Positions 46,812 through 56,540 of a DNA stretch of 64,000 nucleotides are shown piece after piece (position 1 is the first letter of the stretch; every line of letters starts with the position of its first letter). The position numbers and the translations under genes were made by a program. The notes beneath the pieces were generated by a model. The model made no database searches and was not told the DNA's origin. It was given only the letters and a program-made list of their open reading frames with translations. The stretch spans positions 224,001 to 288,000 of the forward strand of contig CAVXWP010000004.1 in assembly GCA_963765495.1 (NCBI GenBank). The letters run 5' to 3'. This DNA comes from Blastocatellia bacterium (GTDB lineage: Bacteria > Acidobacteriota > Blastocatellia > UBA7656).

Positions 46812-49800
46812 ATGCTCAGACGTTTCTGGACAGCTCTTTTCATTATATCTGTTATCGCTTCATCAGCCGTTCGGCTGCACGCTCAAGTGCCGCAGGCAAT
46901 CGGCGCTGCCGCGTCCGGTCAACCCGCGCTCGAACGAGACCCGAACCAGCCGATTGATGAAGAATACACAAAGAAGATCGCCGAATACACTACCGAACCT
47001 TTCTTCAATTCTCCGTTGACAAATTACCTGCCCGCTTCAAAAACCGTCCCGACTCCAAAGGTGGTTCTTGGCGATGTGGCGGGCGCGCCGGGCAAGCTTC
47101 CTTACGCCGAAGAGGTCTATCGCTACATGCGAATGCTCGAAAAGGCCAGCCCGCGCGTCAAGGTTTTTTCCATAGGCAAAACCGAAGAAGGGCGCGAGAT
47201 GATCGCCGTGGCCATCTCTTCGGAAGCCAATCTATCCAGCCTGGAAGAGAATCGCGCCAGGCTCGCAAAGCTGGCCGATCCGCGCACGATAAACATGAAC
47301 GACGCCGAAGCCGAGCGGATTGTCGCCGCCTCGGTCCCCGTTTATTACATAACCGGAACCATCCACTCGCCCGAAACCGGCTCGCCCACGGCGCTGATGG
47401 AACTCGCTTATCGCCTCGTCGTAGACGATAGCGCCTATATCAAATCTATCCGCGACGGCCTCATCACGCTTATCACGCCCGTTGTCGAAGTGGACGGACG
47501 CGACCGCATGGTAGACGTATACAACTGGCATCTCGCTCACCCGAAGGAGAACTGGCCGTCTCTCGTTTACTGGGGCCATTACGTAGCTCACGACAACAAC
47601 CGCGATGCCATGTCGCTTACGCTCAATCTCACTCGAAACGTGCTGAAGACCTACGTGGGCTGGAAGGCGCAGGTGCTTCACGACCTGCACGAATCGGTTC
47701 CCTATCTCTATGACAACACGATAGGCGACGGGCCGTACAACGCATGGGTTGATCCGATTCTGACCGATGAATGGCAGATGCTCGGATGGAATAACGTGTC
47801 GGCCATGACCAAATTCGGGATGCCGGGCGTCTTCACTCACGGGACGTTCGATACGTGGTCGCCCGGCTATCTGATGTTTATCGCGGCCTCGCATAACGGC
47901 ATCAGCCGGCTCTACGAAACATTCGGCAACGCCGGGGCCGATACGGTCGAGCGCACGCTTTCGCCCGAGGATTACCAACGGACCTGGTACAAGCAGAACC
48001 CGCCGCTTCCGAAAGCGAAATGGTCACAACGCAACAACAACAATTATCAACAGACGGGATTGCTCACGGCGCTCTCTTACTTCGTGTCTAACAATAAACT
48101 CTTCCTGCGTAACTTTTACCTCAAAGCAAAACGCTCAATCGAAAAGCCTGAACGCGAAGGACCGGCGGCTTACGTCTTCCCGGCCGATGATCCGAGGCCG
48201 GGGGCCCAGGCGGAACTTCTCCGCCTGTTGCAGATGCAGGAGTGCGAAATCTCTCGCGCAACCGCGCCATTCTCAGTCACTTTGAAGACGAAGAAAAAAG
48301 ATAAACCGAAGACAGATTCAACCGACAAAGACGCGAAAACCGGCGAGCAGAAAAAAGATAAAGATGCGCCGACAACCGAGACGCGCCAGTTCCCTGCCGG
48401 GTCTTACATCCTCCGAATGGATCAGCCCTACAGCCGCATCGCGGATATGATCCTCGATTATCAGTACTGGAGCCCGGACGACCCTCAGAAAGATGTCTAC
48501 GATGATACGGGCTGGACATTTGGCGAGCTTGGCAACGTGCAGGTTGTGCGCGTCACGGATGCCAAAGTGCTTGACGCGGCGATGGAGCGCGTTTCAGGCG
48601 AGGTCAAAGCGCCGGGCGCGATCATCGGCACGGGCTCTGTGTTTCTGATAAACCACAACACAGATAACGCCCTGATGACTTTGCGTTACCGGCTGAAGAA
48701 CGCGTCCGTGTCGGTCGCAGAAGAAGGATTTGAAGCGGCTGGCCAAAAATTCAATCGCGGATCGTTTATCATAAGCAAAGTTGGTACTGAAGATTTGAGG
48801 CGGGCGGCGACCGAGCTTGGATTGCAGGCTTACGCCGTGGCGGCGGCCCCTTCGGTGCAATCGCACGCGGTAAAGACTCCGCGCATAGCGATGATGCACA
48901 CCTGGCTTGGCACTCAGGATGAAGGCTGGTGGCGGATTGCATTCGATAAACTGGGTGTGCCCTACGACTATATCAGCACTCAGGATGTAGCCAAAAACAA
49001 CGACCTGAGCGCGAAATACGATGTAATCATTTTTGCCCCCGTTGGGCGGGGCAACCCGCAGGCAATCGTTGACGGGATTCCGCAATGGGGAAATCCCATT
49101 CCCTGGAAGACGACTTCGCTGACTCCAAACCTTGGCAAGATAGATTCGACCGACGACATGCGGCCCGGACTTGGGTGGTCAGGGCTGGAAAACCTGAAGA
49201 CTTTCGTGCGTCGCGGCGGATTGCTCATAAATGTGATGGATACCGCCGATTTCGCGGTGGCGTTTGGTTTCACGCCTGGAGTCTCGATTGCCAGAGCGCA
49301 GAAACTCAAGCTGACGGGCGGCGTGGTGCGTTCGAAATTCGTAGACTCGGCAAGCCCGATTGCATACGGCTACGGCGACGGGCTTTCGATTTACAGTTTT
49401 GACGGCCCTATATTCAACCTCAGCAACATGGCCGGCGGAAGAGGAGGCGGCAGGTCGGAGCGGGAAAGAGCTACGGGGCGGGGCACGACAGACGACCCCG
49501 ACACTCCGCAGGGCAGGCCGGGATTTGAAGCGCCGGAAGAGCCTAAGGCGGAAACATGGGAAGCGCTCCCGCTTACGGATGAACAGAAGCGAAACGGGGT
49601 CTACGTTATACCTCCCGCGAGCCGCCCGCGCGTCGTGTTGCGTTACGCCGACAGCAAAGACCTGCTCGTTTCGGGTCTTCTCGAAGGCGGCAACGAAATA
49701 GCTCAACACGCCGCCGTGATTGACGTGCCGGTCGAGAAAGGCCACGTTGTGCTGTTCTCAAATAATCCCTTCTGGCGCGGAGAGACCTCGGGGAGTTACT

Positions 49801-49865
49801 TTCTGGTCTTCAACGCTATTTTGAATTTCGATAACCTGAATGCCGGAAGGAAACTCGAACAGTAA
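46812..49865 (+). CDS. Exported M14 zinc carboxypeptidase-like protein
   Basis: Signal peptide; IGKTEEGR, IHSPE, DNNRD, HDLHE. Confidence 0.88.
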   Translation: MLRRFWTALFIISVIASSAVRLHAQVPQAIGAAASGQPALERDPNQPIDEEYTKKIAEYTTEPFFNSPLTNYLPASKTVPTPKVVLGDVAGAPGKLPYAEEVYRYMRMLEKASPRVKVFSIGKTEEGREMIAVAISSEANLSSLEENRARLAKLADPRTINMNDAEAERIVAASVPVYYITGTIHSPETGSPTALMELAYRLVVDDSAYIKSIRDGLITLITPVVEVDGRDRMVDVYNWHLAHPKENWPSLVYWGHYVAHDNNRDAMSLTLNLTRNVLKTYVGWKAQVLHDLHESVPYLYDNTIGDGPYNAWVDPILTDEWQMLGWNNVSAMTKFGMPGVFTHGTFDTWSPGYLMFIAASHNGISRLYETFGNAGADTVERTLSPEDYQRTWYKQNPPLPKAKWSQRNNNNYQQTGLLTALSYFVSNNKLFLRNFYLKAKRSIEKPEREGPAAYVFPADDPRPGAQAELLRLLQMQECEISRATAPFSVTLKTKKKDKPKTDSTDKDAKTGEQKKDKDAPTTETRQFPAGSYILRMDQPYSRIADMILDYQYWSPDDPQKDVYDDTGWTFGELGNVQVVRVTDAKVLDAAMERVSGEVKAPGAIIGTGSVFLINHNTDNALMTLRYRLKNASVSVAEEGFEAAGQKFNRGSFIISKVGTEDLRRAATELGLQAYAVAAAPSVQSHAVKTPRIAMMHTWLGTQDEGWWRIAFDKLGVPYDYISTQDVAKNNDLSAKYDVIIFAPVGRGNPQAIVDGIPQWGNPIPWKTTSLTPNLGKIDSTDDMRPGLGWSGLENLKTFVRRGGLLINVMDTADFAVAFGFTPGVSIARAQKLKLTGGVVRSKFVDSASPIAYGYGDGLSIYSFDGPIFNLSNMAGGRGGGRSERERATGRGTTDDPDTPQGRPGFEAPEEPKAETWEALPLTDEQKRNGVYVIPPASRPRVVLRYADSKDLLVSGLLEGGNEIAQHAAVIDVPVEKGHVVLFSNNPFWRGETSGSYFLVFNAILNFDNLNAGRKLEQ

Positions 49866-49868
49866 AAC

Positions 49869-49971
49869 GTGATGCGTGGTAGGTGATGCGTGATGCGTGA
49901 AGTCGGCGATAAGCCTGTCAAAAGGCGATTGCTATAAAGTCGCGCATCACGCAATCACCTACCACGCATCA
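49869..49971. repeat. Family A heptamer element, copy 5
   Basis: GTGATGC GTGGTAG (GTGATGC)2 GTGA ... GCATCAC GCAATCAC CTACCAC GCATCA between convergent genes. Confidence 0.93.
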
Positions 49972-49984
49972 GAGTGAGTCGCGC

Positions 49985-51379
49985 TCAGCCCAGTTCGACA
50001 ATTTCCTGATAGGTTGGTATAACCACGTTCCAGCCTAACTCCTTGACGATTTTATCGCGCAGAGCCTGTGCCGAATCGGGTTCGCCGTGAACAATGAAGG
50101 TTGCGCGAGGCGGGCGCTTAAACCCTTTGAGCCATTTTAGTATCTCTTCGGAATCGGCGTGCGCAGACAAACTGCCTATGCTCTCGATATGCGCCCTCAC
50201 GGGTATCATCTCGCCGTGTATCTTTACCTCTGTTTCGCCGTCCTGCAAGCGGCGTCCGCGAGTGCCCGCCGCCTGATAGCCTACGAAGATGACGGCGCTT
50301 GCCGGGTCAGGCAAATGCTGAGCGAGGTGATGGAGCACGCGCCCGCCCGTTGCCATCCCCGACGCAGAGATGATAATCGCAGGCCCTTTTAACGAGTTGA
50401 GCGACTTCGACCCTGAACGCCCCTGCACGAGCGTGAAATTGCGCGTGGCGAGCGGATTTCGATTCAGGTTCTGGATTCGCTTCATGTCAAAGTCGTGATC
50501 TTCTTTATGCCTGGAATAGAGCCGCGTGGCCGAAGCTCCCATAGGCGTATCCACAAAGACAGGCAGCACCGGGATTCGGCCTTCGTCCTCAAGCTCGCGC
50601 AGATAATAGACCAGCAATTGAGTCCGGCCCACGGCGAAGGCGGGGATTATGACTTTACCGCCGCGCTCGCTTGCCCGGTTGATTATCTCGGCAAGCCGGT
50701 CCTTTGGATTCGTCTGTTCGTGAGTGCGATTCCCATAAGTGGATTCGATCAGAAGATAATCGGCCTCGTCCACCGGAGAAGGATCGTTCAAAATAGGCTC
50801 GTCGTAGCGGCCAATGTCCCCTGAGAAGAGTATCTTGAACGGTTCGTGGTCAGGTTCGGTCACTTCGACGGCGATAAAGCTTGAGCCGAGTATGTGCCCG
50901 GCAGAAATAAAACTGGCGTTCAAGAATTTGCTCAGGTGAACATTCTGATTATAATCGACACCCTGTACCTGTTTGAGAGCCGAGTTCGCATCCTGCTCGG
51001 TGTAGAGCGGTAGCGCGGGCTGATGTTTTGAAAAGCCCCTGCGATTGGCATAGGCGGCCTCTTCTTCCTGCAACTTCCCCGAATCCGGCAACATTATCTT
51101 CAGTAAATCCGCCGTCGCCTTCGTTGCATAAACCGGGCCGGTGAACCCGTCGCGCACAAGGCGCGGCAGATAGCCCGTGTGATCTATGTGCGCGTGCGTA
51201 AGCAACACCCAGCCGATTGACGCGACATTTATTGGCAAAGTGTGCCAGTTGCGCTCTCTGAGCTCCTTGTAGCCTTGAAACAACCCGCAATCTATCATCG
51301 CCCGGTTGCCGCCTACTTCCAGCACGTATTTTGACCCCGTAACCGTGCCGGTAGCACCTAAAAATTGAAGTTTTGCCAT
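49985..51379 (-). CDS. Beta-CASP metallo-beta-lactamase (YSH1-like RNase family)
   Basis: [54 protein letters not shown]. Confidence 0.93.
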   Translation of the reverse strand: MAKLQFLGATGTVTGSKYVLEVGGNRAMIDCGLFQGYKELRERNWHTLPINVASIGWVLLTHAHIDHTGYLPRLVRDGFTGPVYATKATADLLKIMLPDSGKLQEEEAAYANRRGFSKHQPALPLYTEQDANSALKQVQGVDYNQNVHLSKFLNASFISAGHILGSSFIAVEVTEPDHEPFKILFSGDIGRYDEPILNDPSPVDEADYLLIESTYGNRTHEQTNPKDRLAEIINRASERGGKVIIPAFAVGRTQLLVYYLRELEDEGRIPVLPVFVDTPMGASATRLYSRHKEDHDFDMKRIQNLNRNPLATRNFTLVQGRSGSKSLNSLKGPAIIISASGMATGGRVLHHLAQHLPDPASAVIFVGYQAAGTRGRRLQDGETEVKIHGEMIPVRAHIESIGSLSAHADSEEILKWLKGFKRPPRATFIVHGEPDSAQALRDKIVKELGWNVVIPTYQEIVELG

Positions 51380-51461
51380 AGCGAGGTCACACTATCAGAT
51401 CAGATAAACTGTCAGCAAGGCCGTACCCCTCGCCCTGACTGAAATGCCCCCTGCCCAACGC

Positions 51462-51522
51462 TTGAGTTTCGGGTCTCGCCGGTTCGTCTTTTATATCTCG
51501 AATCTCAAATCTCGAATCTCAG
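51462..51522. repeat. Degraded heptamer element, unit ATCTC(G/A)A (family E)
   Basis: ATCTCGA ATCTCAA ATCTCGA ATCTCAG at 51495-51522; weak inverted remnant TTGAGTT TCGGGTC at 51462. Confidence 0.6.
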
Positions 51523-51606
51523 ATTTGTAATTGTGGATATAAAATAACTTATCTCCTGTTTGGCAATCTGAAAAATATTTTTTAAAAGATATGAAACCAA
51601 ACTCAA

Positions 51607-51639
51607 CTTAACACCGTTAAGCAACTTGACAGCGTTAAG
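51607..51639. promoter_or_regulatory. Tandem palindromic operators upstream of the TetR gene
   Basis: CTTAAC-ACC-GTTAAG and CTTGAC-AGC-GTTAAG. Confidence 0.75.
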
Positions 51640-51654
51640 TCTACAAGGACAGAT

Positions 51655-52266
51655 ATGGGACCAAGAGACAGGCGAGAGCGAGAAAGGGAGAATTTACGGC
51701 AGGAGATACTGGACGCCGCGCGCGAGTTATTCGTCGTGGAAGGTTATGAAAACGTCTCTATGCGCCGCATCGCAGACAGGATTGATTATTCGCCTACGAC
51801 GATTTATCTCCATTTCAAGGACAAATCCGACCTGCTTTACCATATCTGCGCCGAGACATTTGCCCGGCTATCTGAGAGGCTCGAAGCGATCTATCGGGAA
51901 TGCGCCGACCCCCTGGAGTGTTTGAAGGAGGGATGCCGCGCATATATTGAATTCGGGTTGAAATTCCCGGATCACTATAAGGTCACATTCATCAATCATC
52001 CCGAGCATCTAAAGCACGACGAGCATATGCCGAAGGAGGAGTCAGCGGGGATGAAGACGTTTTATCATCTCCGCCAGGCGGTTGAAGAATGCATCATTCA
52101 GGGGAAATTCCGTGAAACGGATGTAGACATGGTCAGCCAGATGCTGTGGGCGACGGGTCACGGCATCACTTCTCTGCTGATCTCTTTCCCGGATTTTCCC
52201 TGGGCCGATAAGGAGCGGATGATTGATCTCCTGCTCGATACGCTGGTTGAGGGGCTTAAAGCCTGA
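51655..52266 (+). CDS. TetR/AcrR regulator (WHG-type C-domain)
   Basis: ILDAARELF...SMRRIA...TIYLHFKDK; LWATGHG. Confidence 0.94.
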   Translation: MGPRDRRERERENLRQEILDAARELFVVEGYENVSMRRIADRIDYSPTTIYLHFKDKSDLLYHICAETFARLSERLEAIYRECADPLECLKEGCRAYIEFGLKFPDHYKVTFINHPEHLKHDEHMPKEESAGMKTFYHLRQAVEECIIQGKFRETDVDMVSQMLWATGHGITSLLISFPDFPWADKERMIDLLLDTLVEGLKA

Positions 52267-52403
52267 GTGCTGCTGACATGGTGGTCTACGCAACCCGTGC
52301 CAACACTTTAGCAGCAACGATAAAAGATTTTGTTTGGCCGTCCGACTCCGGCAGGAAGATGGCAAACACAGATTACGGATTTTCTTTGAAAGGATTTTGA
52401 GCT

Positions 52404-52778
52404 ATGAAAAAGAATCTCATGACTTCACTTTTAGGATTGTTTCTGGCGCTTGGACTCACGTCTGCGCCGCAGGTTTTCGGCCAGGAAGGCACCAGGTCTC
52501 TCAAGCTCAACCGCGACAGCGTAGTAGCGGGACAGGCGCTCTCGAAGGGCAATTATACGATCAAATTCGATGAGAGCAAGGACGGCGAGGTGATCTTCCT
52601 CAAAGGCGATCGAGAGGTTGGGAAATCAACCTACAGATTGACTAAGCTTGATAAGACCCCAGCCGATACAAGTGTTGTTTATGCGCTTGGGACGGACGGA
52701 TCATTTCAGGTAAAACGCATCGAGTTCAAGGGACATGATATGGCACTCACTATCGAACAGATAGAGTCGAGTAAGTAA
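52404..52778 (+). CDS. Small exported beta-rich hypothetical protein
   Basis: Signal peptide; VAGQALSKGNYTIKF. Confidence 0.75.
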   Translation: MKKNLMTSLLGLFLALGLTSAPQVFGQEGTRSLKLNRDSVVAGQALSKGNYTIKFDESKDGEVIFLKGDREVGKSTYRLTKLDKTPADTSVVYALGTDGSFQVKRIEFKGHDMALTIEQIESSK

Positions 52779-52811
52779 AGAAGAGAACAGAAGGTAGAGA
52801 TAAAACTCAGA

Positions 52812-52861
52812 CCACAGACGGACACCCTGAGGCTTAGGGTGTCCGTCTGTGGCTCTTTTTT
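52812..52861 (+). terminator. Intrinsic terminator
   Basis: 17 bp stem CCACAGACGGACACCCT / AGGGTGTCCGTCTGTGG then T6. Confidence 0.85.
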
Positions 52862-53241
52862 GCTCGGATGCTCAGGACGCGGGCATTCTTCGATTTTGGG
52901 AACGGGCCATCCCGGGAATGGACATTTCATTACAAGAGTCGGGCCGCTCTGTTTTCGCTAAGACCAGTAGTTCAAAAGTTTAGACTCTTCTCGCCCGATG
53001 GCATACCGATTGATCCAGATACCGGTTCAGGGTGTCATTTGGTTATTTCAGGGAAGATGTGTAGACTTGATTTTTAACAGCGCACATCTGAATGCGCGGG
53101 ATAATCAAGCGGACCTGCCCCGGTTACTCACGTTCTTTAGCGGTTTGCACCGTGACGCGATTACAGATTCGTTACGCAGACAGCATGGTTTTTCTGTCTT
53201 TGTTTCACAAGCGGTTGCAAAAAGTTTGGGTGAAATTTAAT

Positions 53242-53269
53242 GAAACGGTCTCTAACCGGATGTCGTATG
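53242..53269 (+). promoter_or_regulatory. ECF-type promoter upstream of the tolC-like gene
   Basis: GAAAC-N17-CGTATG. Confidence 0.5.
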
Positions 53270-53382
53270 AGCCTGTGACCAGGAAACAGCTATTAATTTT
53301 GAAACGAGCTGTGAGCGCGGCCATTCGGGGTTCTGATAGAGTGACCGGGCAGATGTAATAATATTGCTTTGAGAGGAAGCTT

Positions 53383-55317
53383 ATGATTTCACTTTTGCAA
53401 AAGATTCAAAAGACCGGCCGCACGTTTACGGCTGTCTCAGTTGTCACATTACTCAGCGCGTCGCTACCTGTTTCGGCGTTTTCACAGGAAGGAATCGTGG
53501 CGCTCGAAAAGAGGCCAAAGCAGCAACAGTCACAGCAACCGAAGCCGCCTGACACGCCTCCCACCCCTCAGAAAGAATTACCAAAGCCAAATACTCAGGA
53601 GACCAGAGAGAAGCAGGAGCAGTTCGGTGAGACAAAGCCGCAGGAGATGACCGAACGCGAAAAGCGCAACCTCCCGGCCCCGGGCGAGAATCCGGCTCCA
53701 TCGTCTACCGAAGGAACTCAGCAACAGGAACCGACTGATGCCGGTGCACCCAACCAGATCATAGAGCCGCTTCAACTTTCGCCTGAGGTCACACATGAGC
53801 GCGTAGGCGTAAGGACGGATCAGAAGCAACTGCTCTCGCTCCAGGATGCCATCGGGATGGCTCTGCAAAACAACCTCGACATCGAAGCATATCGCCAGGG
53901 AGTGCAGATAGCGCAATATAACCTCTTTGCATCCAAAGGCGTTTACGATATCGTTTCGGGCACTGATCTCTATTATCGCAGCCAGACCTTCCCGGTAACG
54001 TCTATATTCGGCGGCGGCGATAATAGTTCGTCTGTGACTCAGAAATCACTTGTTTACAATTTCACTACTCAGCAGGATATAGAAAAGACCGGCGGTTTGT
54101 GGCAGGTTGAGCTTGACAACACCCGGTTGACCACAAGTTCCACGGCATCAACATTGCCGACTCAGTACAGCCCAACGCTGACGCTGACATTTACTCAGCC
54201 GTTGTTGCGGAATTTTTCAATAGATCAGAATCGCCGCCAGATACAGTTGGCCAAGAAATCGCTCGACCTGTCCGACAGCCAGTTCCGCCAGCGCGTGATC
54301 GAAATAATCAATTCCGTGCAGCGCGCCTACTGGGACCTTGTCTTTGCAATCCGTAACGAAGAGATTGCCCGCGATTCGGTAGAACTGACTCGCACTCAGC
54401 TTGAGAACAATCAGAAACAGGTAGAGGCGGGCACCCTCGCCCCAATCGAATTGAGATCAACCGAAGCCGCGCTTGAAGCGCGAAAGGGTGATGTGATCAT
54501 CGCTTTGCAAAATATCACAACTGCCGAAAACACTTTGAAGGGTCTGTTGATCAAAGACGCAAACGATCAGATGTGGTATTCGGAGATAGAACCGACCGAC
54601 CAGCCGCAGTTTGGACAGCCAAACTTTAATCTGGATGAAGCCACGAGGCTCGCGCTCACCAATCGCCCTGAACTTGAGCAGATGAGGCTGCAAATGCAGC
54701 AGAAGGATGTTGACATCAAGTTCTTTGAAAATCAGACAAAGCCGCAGGTGGATTTCATAGGCGTCTACGGTGACACGGGGGTCGCGGGTACGCCTTCGTC
54801 GTCATCCCTCGGGACCAATGTGCCTTCGAGGTTCCAGGGCGGTTACTTCCAGGCCCTGAACAACCTTTTCAGCCAGGACTTCCGCACATATCAGTTTGGG
54901 GTTCGCGTCAGCTTCCCGTGGCGCAACCGCACGGCAGAAGGCAATCTGGGCCGGACGCTTGCCGAAGCCAGACAACTCGATGCCCGACAACGTCAGTTGG
55001 TTCAATCAGTCCAGATCGACGTAAGAAATGCGCTCCAGGCAGTCGAGGCTACCCGACAGCGTTTCGAAGCGGCCCGGGCGGCACGAGTAGCTGCCGAGGC
55101 TCAGTTGAAGGGTGAAGAAGAGAAGTTCCGCGCCGGTCTTTCGACCAACTTCTTTGTCTTACAACGTCAAAACGATCTGGCCGTAGCTCGTGGTACAGAA
55201 GTTCGGGCGCTCACAGACTACAATAAAGCTCTAGCCGATCTGCAAAGAGTCACGGGTATGACGCTTGTGAGCAATAACGTACAGGTTACGGCCCTGCCGG
55301 GCGGCAGCACCAAGTAA
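53383..55317 (+). CDS. TolC-family outer membrane protein
   Basis: LSLQDAIGMALQNNLDI, QPLLRNF, AYWDLV, ALTNRPEL, EEEKFRAGLST, DYNKALADLQRVTG. Confidence 0.92.
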   Translation: MISLLQKIQKTGRTFTAVSVVTLLSASLPVSAFSQEGIVALEKRPKQQQSQQPKPPDTPPTPQKELPKPNTQETREKQEQFGETKPQEMTEREKRNLPAPGENPAPSSTEGTQQQEPTDAGAPNQIIEPLQLSPEVTHERVGVRTDQKQLLSLQDAIGMALQNNLDIEAYRQGVQIAQYNLFASKGVYDIVSGTDLYYRSQTFPVTSIFGGGDNSSSVTQKSLVYNFTTQQDIEKTGGLWQVELDNTRLTTSSTASTLPTQYSPTLTLTFTQPLLRNFSIDQNRRQIQLAKKSLDLSDSQFRQRVIEIINSVQRAYWDLVFAIRNEEIARDSVELTRTQLENNQKQVEAGTLAPIELRSTEAALEARKGDVIIALQNITTAENTLKGLLIKDANDQMWYSEIEPTDQPQFGQPNFNLDEATRLALTNRPELEQMRLQMQQKDVDIKFFENQTKPQVDFIGVYGDTGVAGTPSSSSLGTNVPSRFQGGYFQALNNLFSQDFRTYQFGVRVSFPWRNRTAEGNLGRTLAEARQLDARQRQLVQSVQIDVRNALQAVEATRQRFEAARAARVAAEAQLKGEEEKFRAGLSTNFFVLQRQNDLAVARGTEVRALTDYNKALADLQRVTGMTLVSNNVQVTALPGGSTK

Positions 55318-55349
55318 GCTTCGATCAGAAACATTCTCCTCTCAAAGAA

Positions 55350-55379
55350 GGCGGCCCACGCGAGGCCGCCATTTTTTTT
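55350..55379 (+). terminator. Intrinsic terminator
   Basis: GGCGGCC-N7-GGCCGCC-A-T8. Confidence 0.85.
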
Positions 55380-55515
55380 GCTCTTAAAATTTACTTAAAG
55401 CTACACCACTGGCGCGGACAATCCGACCTCAAAACATTGATGCCCGATTGCGGGTTCTTGATACTTTTAGTGAGGAGTCTTTCGACAGGCTCAGGCTGAG
55501 TTAACAACTGATCAT

Positions 55516-55830
55516 TTAGCCCACAAGGCTATTGATCTGGTCCCGGTCAGATGTCGATATATCGTTGAAATCGACGCCAAAACCGACTTTGAATTGATGG
55601 AAGCGGACTACGCCGCCTGTGCATACCTGATGTCCATTCGGAAGGCGAAAGCGAAGCGTTACTCTGGTACCGGTTATCGTAGGCACGAAACTTTCGATAA
55701 ACGCGCCGCGAGGATTGAGGTCGAGTATTCTACAATCACGACCCTTTCCTTCTACCTCGCAGTGTGCGTGCAAAAGGCTCCTGGTTTCTGCCCCGTGGTC
55801 TATTGTTTTGCATACCCCAACAGCACTCAT
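55516..55830 (-). CDS. PilZ-domain protein (degenerate motifs)
   Basis: ILDLNPRGAFI...LRFRLP...VVR...GFGVDF; AGGAG SD before ATG 55830. Confidence 0.8.
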   Translation of the reverse strand: MSAVGVCKTIDHGAETRSLLHAHCEVEGKGRDCRILDLNPRGAFIESFVPTITGTRVTLRFRLPNGHQVCTGGVVRFHQFKVGFGVDFNDISTSDRDQINSLVG

Positions 55831-55961
55831 ACCCTGAATCTCCTTTTTCACAGTCTATTTGATTTCTATTAACTTGCCTGATCAGTAGAAAGCCTAAAAG
55901 CATACAACAGTCCCCTATGATTTACAATAAAAATCCTGAACAGCGTCGCGGCTCGATTCTC

Positions 55962-56201
55962 TTATTCGCGATTTTCATTGCTTGTGGCTTCGGCGACTCG
56001 ATCAATGACCTCGCCTTCGTTCTCTCTGTAGCTCGATTGGTTCGCCAAATCATTCACATCAAGCCCGGTCGGTTTGAGTACTCTATCGGCCCCTTCCCTC
56101 CCAACTTCGGTCTCCTGTTTTAGCTTCTCTATGCGCATAGTCTTGTTTGAAGACGATGTCTGCACATGCTTGTCATCCCCGGGATTATTTCGATTATTCA
56201 T
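55962..56201 (-). CDS. Small hydrophilic hypothetical protein (79 aa)
   Basis: GAGAGG SD and an upstream sigma54-like promoter. Confidence 0.6.
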   Translation of the reverse strand: MNNRNNPGDDKHVQTSSSNKTMRIEKLKQETEVGREGADRVLKPTGLDVNDLANQSSYRENEGEVIDRVAEATSNENRE

Positions 56202-56246
56202 ACTCTCGATCCTCTCAAATAGAACAAACTTCCAGTAATATCAGGC

Positions 56247-56262
56247 TGCAATGACTATGCCA
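56247..56262 (-). promoter_or_regulatory. Sigma54 (-24/-12) promoter
   Basis: TGGCATA-GTCA-TTGCA, 45 nt upstream of ATG 56201. Confidence 0.7.
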
Positions 56263-56459
56263 TTCGCTGAGAAGCTATAGAGTGTCGCAAGTGAAAATCC
56301 ACGCGGCGTTTGTACCGATTTCTACCATTTTCAGATGGAAAGAAGTACACACCACTATTGAGATGAATCAAAGAACAGAGGGAATTAATACCAAATCTCT
56401 TCAGTATAGAGACGATAAAGATCACATAGCCCCATAATTTGAGTGGAAGGCTTGTCTTT

Positions 56460-56540
56460 ATAGGCCGCGGATGACGCGGATCTGACCCTATAAAACCAAA
56501 TCCGCGAAAATCTGCCGCATCCGCGTCATCCGCGGCCTAT
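56460..56540. repeat. Family F element, copy 4
   Basis: ATAGGCCGCGGATGACGCGGAT...ATCCGCGTCATCCGCGGCCTAT. Confidence 0.92.

Noticed and set aside
55481-55499. TTCGACAGGCTCAGG, resembling half of a REP-like palindrome
   Set aside because: No partner arm or second copy in the window.
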